Below are positions 55,651 to 64,000 of a stretch of DNA of 64,000 nt, in pieces. Source of the DNA: the human T2T-CHM13v2.0 reference genome, Homo sapiens. The stretch is taken from assembly GCF_009914755.1 (NCBI RefSeq), contig NC_060947.1; one strand, written 5' to 3'. The notes under the pieces were generated by a model. That model saw nothing but the letters and a program-made list of their open reading frames with translations, ran no database searches and was not told the origin of the DNA. The translations under genes and the position numbers were made by a program. Numbering within the stretch: position 1 is the stretch's first letter; each line of letters opens with the position of its first letter.

Positions 55651-57087
55651 TTTTCTTTTCAAGGAGAAAATGTCCAAGTATGTTCAAGCCTTTAGAATGC
55701 ATGGTACAAGAAAGGGATGAAAACTGCACTTGTCTTTCATGGCTAAAGTCCAAAGACAGACACTGTAGGGCCTTTTTAGTGGCTGGGAAGCCAACGTCAT
55801 TTCTGAGGTAAAAGTTCAGCCAGCTGGCTGTTTTGGAAGTTTGACTAATCTCTCTTTCTCCAGTTCTTCAGCCCACTCTCTACCACTCAGCATCTCATCC
55901 CCACCCACTACCACCACTTGTGGAATTCCAAAAGTTGACAAATTGCTTTAGAGTTGTGAAGAAAAGCAATTCCCAGATGTAGAAATTTCACAAATGAGTC
56001 CAACTTCAAGACAATATTATTAGACCAACACAAAGCTGCTACTTTTTCATTCTATCAAATAATTACATTTTTAATGCTACCTGCTGATACTGTGACATGA
56101 TACAACAAAGGTTATTTAACACCAAAAAAATGCAATATAGACATAATCTCAATGGCAACATTTATTTACTGTTATACTGTTACTCACTTCATTGTTCACA
56201 TTTTTCTCATTTTTCTGTGACATAGGTCTTTTGGCACTTAGATGAGAATTGACACTTGGGAATGATTGGTATAGACATTATCTGGATTTACAGTGGACAG
56301 ATAAACAAGGGTCATGGAATTTATGCCCATGGTATTTATTTCCACTGTTTGCTTAAAAGTACTGTATTGGCCACTGGATTCAAAAGGTCTTATACATGCA
56401 ATGACGATTCATAAGAATGGCCTTGCTCATGAATGAAGTATACCACAAAACAATCTGATCCCTAAATATAGTGTGTCATTATTTAATTTTTTCCCATTAA
56501 GGACTCACTTCTTGGTGCTAAAATCAAATATACTCTAAAAATTCAAATACCTCCAGAAAGTCCATGCTACATAATAAGGTGTTATTAATTGTTTGTTCTT
56601 TTATGTCAAATTCTTTCCTTCTAAAAATTAGCTCTGACAAAGACATTAAAAAAATAAAAGTTTTAAAGAACTGAGTACAAAGTTGAAGGACTGAAGGGAA
56701 ACTCTGGAAGATGGAAGAGACAAGCAGAGCATCAACCTGGATGTCTTTAAAATGTGAGTGTCCTAGGCACCTAGAAAGCAAAATACAGAAAGTACTGGAA
56801 GTGAGCAAACTCTCATAAAAATTGTAGTTTTGCCTAGGTTGTTAAGACCGTAGACCAACTCTTGAACTCCTCAGTTTTGAAAGTACTCTACTCCTTTTAT
56901 TCACTCTATCCCCCATGACTGGTACTCCAAATGTTTACCGAATATGTGATGTTAATAAGTAGTACTCTTTATGATAAAATAATGGTTCTCCACCTAGGAT
57001 ATAAGATGATATGAACAGCTAATTGCTGGCTTTTTAAATACACCTAGCTGCGTGCCATTAGGTATGACAACTCTCTAATGTTCCTAA

Positions 57088-57504
<417 letters not shown>

Positions 57505-58317
57505 TAGTCTCCTTTATCTGCTAGTCCCAAAGTAGGAGCACATGAAACTCTAGCCAAGTTCAGTGAAAGCAATCTTCCTGTTCCCTGTTGTAGTTTCTTG
57601 ACATTTGGCCCCATATACTACTCAGAAAACTGACTGTTCACTGAGATGATAAATTCATCTTTAAGTCTCCCAAATCTCCTTTTTATTCTCCCCAGAAGTT
57701 TATGGACCTTTAATGTCCCATGATGTCTTGGTTCTACTGAGATGAGTAAATACATTGTTACACTATGATCCTTGGCTATATTCCTTAAGCCTGGCAGGGC
57801 CTTGGGGTTTTCTTAATACCTTATTGAGTCTAATTTTACCTAGGATATTGTTGATGTCCCCTATATGTCTTTTGCATATGATGAAAATGAAGAGTACACC
57901 TATAATAATCTGATATAATTCCCTACACAGTTGAGAGGAGAAACAGTAACCTAGCTACTATGTGGTACAGTAGTCACATTCACTTAGTACAAAAAGAGAA
58001 ATTGTTTATTATGTAATTCTCTCATACTCTCCATATTTTACTTTTCAATCCGTGAAAAAAGAAAGAGAAGTGCCACTTCTGGATGAAGATAACCTTGACT
58101 CTCTTGGGAATGTGGAAAAGAGCATGATGGAACAAAACCTTCAAGCATTGTCTATTTTTCAACTACCTCCCATGAGCTTAATCAGTCCTTCTCTGTACTC
58201 CAAGGATAATGGATGTTCTGTTAATTCCCAATTCCAAAACTCAAATGCAACTTGATTTTTAAGTCCCTTTTTGATTCAAACTAAACATATTATAACATTA
58301 AACTTATTAGTCAAAGG

Positions 58318-58379
58318 TAAGGTTGTCAGGTAAAATACAAGACATTCTGTATTTTTATTTGCCAAACCTGGCAACCATA
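58318..58379. mobile_element. MER53 (hAT MITE) with its centre deleted
   Basis: Both MER53 ends are directly joined: taaggttgtcaggtaaaatacaagac|attctgtatttttatttgccaaacctggcaaccata. Confidence 0.7.
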
Positions 58380-58394
58380 GAAAGAGAAAATGTG

Positions 58395-58640
58395 TGGCAC
58401 TGTGGCATAATGTTTAAGAACACAGGCTTCAGTGTCTGACAGACTTTGTTTCAAACCCTGATTGTGACACATAATAGTTACATAACCTTAGTAAAATCAC
58501 TTAGCCTCTCTAAGCCTCAGTGTTTCCAATTGCAAGTAGAGAAGATGATAATATTGAGTTCATTGTGTTTTCTGAGAATATATTAAGTCATCTATATAAA
58601 TTGGTGAGTCCAATGCTCAATAACTTATTGTTATTTTATT
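58395..58640 (+). mobile_element. MIR
   Basis: gtggcataatgtttaagaacacaggctt...accttagtaaaatcacttagcctctctaagcctcagt MIR core. Confidence 0.8.
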
Positions 58641-59043
58641 TTCATGGAGTGTACCTGCCTTATAACAACTCATTTAAAAGATCTTTCCAAAGAATCTAAG
58701 AATTATATAACATTAAAGTCAATAAGGGACAAAAAATATGAAACTTAAAAAAAAAAAACTGTTACTGCTCTCAGGAAAGCTCTGCTAACGGCCTGAGTTT
58801 CTGAGAACTAAGTCATATAGTGTTCCTTCAGTGTTGATTGGGGCTTTCTTCAAACATTGAAGGTAGCCAAGTAAACACCACTTGGAATTATACTCTGGTA
58901 GCAATGGTGCCATGTTTGTGTAAGCTTTTCTTTTTCTAAACTGCAGTGAAACCCTCCAGAACTCAGAACTGTCTCTTTTCTGGATAATTAGATAATGCAC
59001 TCTTCTTCATGCACCCATATGTATCTTATGCCTCTTACACCAC

Positions 59044-59450
59044 TGTATTAGCTTACTAGGACCCCCATGACATAATATCACAGACAGGGTGGCTTACACA
59101 GCAGGAATTTATTTTCCCACAGTTCTGAAGCCTAGATTTCCAAGATCAAGGTGTTCCCAAGATTTGTTTCTCCTGAGGCCTTTCTCTTTGGCTTGCAGAT
59201 GAACACCTTTTTATTGTGTTTTTACATGGTGTTTATGTAAGTGCATGCCCCTGGTGTCTCCATTTGTTTTCAGATTTCCTCTTCTTACAAGGACACCAGT
59301 CATACTAGATTAGGGGTCACCTTAAGAGCCTCCGTTTAACTTAGTCACCTATTTAAAGGTCTTATCTCCAAATTCAGTCACAATCTGAAGTACTGGGAGT
59401 TATGGCTTCAAAATATAAATTTGGCAGGGGTAATGATCCAACCCATAACA
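59044..59450 (-). mobile_element. MLT1B solo LTR
   Basis: tgtattag...tcttcttacaaggacaccagtcata..gattagggg..cac...acccataaca. Perfect 5-bp TSD ACCAC. Confidence 0.9.
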
Positions 59451-59714
59451 ACCACCAAAAGTACAATTAACTGGCATATCCTCCCCATTGCTTTACATTG
59501 CTTAGAAAAGAGAGATGCATTTTAGATGTAAGAGGCCTTTTAGCTTCTTGGCAAAAACATGTGCTATCCTCTCCAAACAATGCTGCTTACTACTGCATGG
59601 AAGTAACTGATGGACTGAAAAAATAATGCCAGAATAAAAAGCCCATGTTTGATTTGTTCTAAGATGCTGCTGACAGAGCCATATTTTTTTTTCAATCTAT
59701 TTTGTTTTGTTTTG

Positions 59715-60538
59715 CTTTAAATAGACTTTATTTTAGGGGAGTTTTATGTTAACAGCAAAACTGAACAGAAAGCACAGGAAGTTCCCACACATTTTCTATA
59801 CCCACACATGCCCAATAGCACCCAGTGGCAACATCCCAAGCCAGAGTGATACATTTGTTAGAACTGGTAAACCTATTTTGACACATTATTATCACCCTAA
59901 GTCCATAGTTTACCTTAGGATTCACTCTCGCTATTGTACATTCTATGAATTTAGACAAATGTATCCACTATTATAGTGTCATACAGAGTTGTTTCACTGC
60001 TCTAAAAGTCCACTGTGCTGCTCTTATCCATCACTCCTTCCTGCCAACCCCTGGCAACCACTGATCTTTTCACTGTCTTTTTGTCTTTTCCAGAATGCCT
60101 TATAATTGGAATAGTATAGTAATTAAAACGTCTTATAATTATATAATTATAATGTCTTATCATTGGTATAGTATAGTATATAGGCTGTTCAGGTTGGCTT
60201 CTTTCACTTATTAATATACATTTCCGTTTCCCCCATGTCTTTTCATGGCTTGACAAGTTCTCTTTAGTGCTGAATAACATTCCATTGTCTGGATGTACCA
60301 CGGTTTCTTTATCCATTCACCTACTGAAGACATCCTGGTTGTGTCTAAGTTTTGACAGACAATTATAAATATAGTATCTATAAACTTCCACGTGCAGATA
60401 AAATTTCTACAAACATCCATGTGCAGGTTTTTGTGTGGGTGTAAGTTTTCAACTCATTTGGGTAAATATTAAGGAGCGTGATTGCTGGATCATGTGGTAA
60501 TTGTACCTTTAGTTGTGTAAGAAATTGCCGATCTGTCA
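59715..60538 (-). mobile_element. L1MC1/L1MC2-type 3' end
   Basis: tttaaatagactttatttt...cattattatcaccctaagtccatagtttac...cctggcaaccactgatcttt. Same family as the element at 18342. Confidence 0.85.
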
Positions 60539-60889
60539 TATTATTTATAGTTTATCATTTTTTTCTAGAAAATATTGGAATAAAAAGACTACCTATGAAG
60601 TTACAAACAGCGTCGTCAGAATGTATGCATAATGTTTATGAGTCTAGAGCCTAAAATCATTGGCTCAAATTATGAAAGAATATTTTATATCTATGTATTT
60701 TGTGCATAAATAACCAAATATAAGCTTGTTTATAAACAGACACTATAATAATTTTTGATATGGTAAGGCAATACAATTATATGCATTAAAATAATTTTAA
60801 AGTTAAAATTGCATTTAAGTAACTTAGATAATTTTAATTACTCATATAAATACCTTTTATTCATATAAGTTTTAAGATTTTCAAATCAT

Positions 60890-61012
60890 TTCCTTTTGAT
60901 CCTCACATTTTTTAGTAGCTAAAGAAACTGATAGACAAGTTAAACCATGTTTTCTAAAGTAACATTCTTGTTTTGAGGCCAAACTGGGGCTAGAACCTGG
61001 GTCCCTATATAT
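60890..61012 (-). mobile_element. MIR fragment
   Basis: aagaaactgatag..aagttaa...aaactggggctagaacctgggtc core-like motif. Confidence 0.45.
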
Positions 61013-62075
61013 TCAGCCCTATTGTCTTTCAATGCTCACTGATGATTTCACTATTATGATAAAACTTGATTCTCCAGAACTAAAAGTCTTATCAGACATT
61101 CTCATTCTAAATTCATGTAACACAAAGACAGGAGAGGTATATAATTTTCCCACAGACACACAGCACCTAAAGGAACTCATGTATTTTTGGAGCTTGCCTT
61201 CCATTTGGAAGAAGAAAGAATTATTTTACTTAAAATATAAAGAAGCAGTTATGCCTTACTTTGATTTAAAGTGAAATCTTAATTCATTACTTTGCTTGGT
61301 TTCCCTGTCAGAGACATAGAAGTTTTTGGCATATAATTGAAGCTTCATTAAAAGTATTAGCTTTTAAACTCAGTGAATGAAAGATTTGCAGTACCAATAT
61401 TATGTGGGCTGATCTATTTCTTTAAAACTTCAAGCTCTTCATTAAAATATCCCTATTAGACTCACTAATTGGCAGATTGATTTTCCCAAAAGAAAATATC
61501 TAAAACAAATTGGAATTAGACCACAATGGGGAAAATGATGATGCTCTTACCATTTTCACTATAGCTGTAAAATTGTCCGCAGTGCTGGCCTCATCAGATT
61601 ATAAAGCAATTATCATTAGTCGACTATTGCCTGTGAGAAGAATGTGCTAATAAATGTTTAAAATTAATTAAAAATGAAAAAGATAAATGCATCCTTTTGT
61701 GAATGTAGGTAAAGGGAATACATATTGTTATTAACCTCAGTGTGCTATTCTTTATTTCTTGATTTTGAACATGCACACCTGTGCACATGATGCATGCAGA
61801 AACACATGCACATATACACAGGTTTATACTGTCTGTCACTAAGACACAGTTATTAAAGAACCAGTATATTCATATCTAGAATGCAGGAGACAGAGTGACA
61901 ATACCCAGGACTCAGTAGTTTATGCCTTTTTAAAACTTGAATCTGAAAACATGTAGATAAGTAAATTTTTCTGTTAGAAATTAAAAACAGGGGGATATTT
62001 TCCTTTGAGTAGAATGTTTCTCCCAATTTCTTAGTGTCAGGAGTAGGTTCACTAGAGTAATAAAAGATACTATCA

Positions 62076-62487
<412 letters not shown>

Positions 62488-62769
62488 CTAAAACCTAGTC
62501 AGATGTTTCAACTTGTTCTTAGAGACAGCTTTAGAATTATAACTGATTATTTTATTTTTCTCAGAGCAACCAATCAAGTAAGTTTTAGAAGATGTAGAGC
62601 TCTGTGTGTATGCCTTTTTATTAAGTAATGAAATTAGAGGTCTTTTATAGAGGTAGTAATTTTTTACTTTTAAAAAAATCTTTAACCAGATCTTCAATCT
62701 AGGTAATATTTTTCTATGGTGCCAGTCTCAGGCAGCAGTAATAGAGAGGAAAAAAATGGGATTAAAAGA

Positions 62770-62945
62770 CAGTGGTGAGTTTTTACCCCAGCTCTAAGAT
62801 TTACATGATAAGTGATCTTTGGCAAGTCACTTTGAGTCTCTTTTCTCTCATCTATACACTGGTGGTGATAATAATATCTACCCTGCAGGGCTATTGTGAA
62901 TATGTAAAGCAAGATGTAAAGACTTAAGTGTACACACATGAAAGG
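62770..62945 (+). mobile_element. MIR
   Basis: gtgatctttggcaagtcactttgagtctcttttctctcatctata...ataataatatctaccctgcagggctattgtgaa. Confidence 0.8.
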
Positions 62946-64000
62946 TCTCAATTTTTATAATAATCGGTCCAGTTTTTAAAAAAGCAAGTATAAATTATGT
63001 AAAACAATCATTCAGATTATTCTGGCTAGATGATAAAGTTAGTACCTTATGACAGAGTTTCTGAGTCTCCTCAGAACTAACTTCTCACTTAGGTAAGAAT
63101 TTCACTAGAACAATTTAATTCAGACTTAACGTGGTCTTGCATTGTTTTGCATGTCTACAGAAAGTCTCTCACTATTGACTCATGTGCCCCAGTATAACGG
63201 CTTCTCCTCTTAGCCATGCTGCCTTTTTCCTCTTTCACTAAGTTTTGAGAATATAGATCTTTCTCAGCAGCACACAGATACTTGCAAGTTTCTAGAGAAA
63301 AACACACACCAATGGAAAACAAATTAGAAAATCGAAGGCAAAATGTATAAATTTCTCTTTTCTGCCATTTTGCTTAATTTATATTGGCTTCAATATTGAA
63401 TAAGTAGGGACTGGATGTGAAGTTCAGATATCATTAATCCTGCTACCTGACATGCTGGCCAATCAAGAGCAGAAATACTTCTCTTCTTCCAACAAATAGG
63501 TAATTCTGCCAGTTATTTTAATGCTACATGTGTGCATACATGTGGGCACATATATTTCCTCATTTTTTGTAATTTCAAGTTTTAAAAGCAGCCTGAAAGA
63601 TTTAGATTAAGTTCAGAAACCATAAGAAGCCTTCAAGTAAGTAGAAAGGAAAAGTTGCCTTTGGTTATCACTCATCATCTATAAAATGAACACATGCCTC
63701 AGTTTTCCAGCTGTGGGCAAGCTTACATGAGATGAGGAGAAAGAAGTTAAACTTTACAACTAGTAATCAGCGGTCTCTTCTTTTAGTAGGCTATTGCAAA
63801 CCCTCTTAAAGACCAAAGATCAAATCTTCAGTTGTTTCATTAGGCACAATATGCACTGTTTGACTTTTTGTTTTAATAATAACTAGCCTCATTTCCCCCA
63901 GACATCATTACTGTGAATGATTCTGTAGAAAATATAAAGCTTTAATGAAGTTTCCATTAAATTAAAGAGCAATAAACAAACAGAAACAATTGACAAGTCA

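Overview
AT-rich primate genomic DNA (human-like: AluY/AluS/AluJ, L1PA, THE1, MER4-group ERVs) with no supportable protein-coding gene, RNA gene or CpG island. The ORFs in the track are transposon remnants, simple repeats or short chance frames. Bases 1-33 kb are almost entirely transposable elements. They hold a decayed ERV-L provirus whose MLT2B LTR contains three nested levels of ERV1/MER4-group proviruses (2.7-17.4 kb), followed by an L1 pile-up (18.3-32.4 kb). Bases ~33-64 kb are mostly unique intronic/intergenic-type sequence with scattered Alu, MIR, L2, MaLR and one 5'-inverted (twin-primed) L1PA4-like copy. I found no new gene system. The strongest unexplained signals are local templated-copy scars. 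One is a 103-bp, 95%-identical inverted copy of 12909-13011 that replaces the middle of an Alu 8.3 kb away. Another is a ~229-bp copy of 41287-41514, plus a 17-bp copy of 38539-38555, lodged in a TA microsatellite. The third is a direct-inverted-direct micro-triplication at 36.3-36.45 kb. Repeat family names come from my recollection of consensus sequences, not from a database search.
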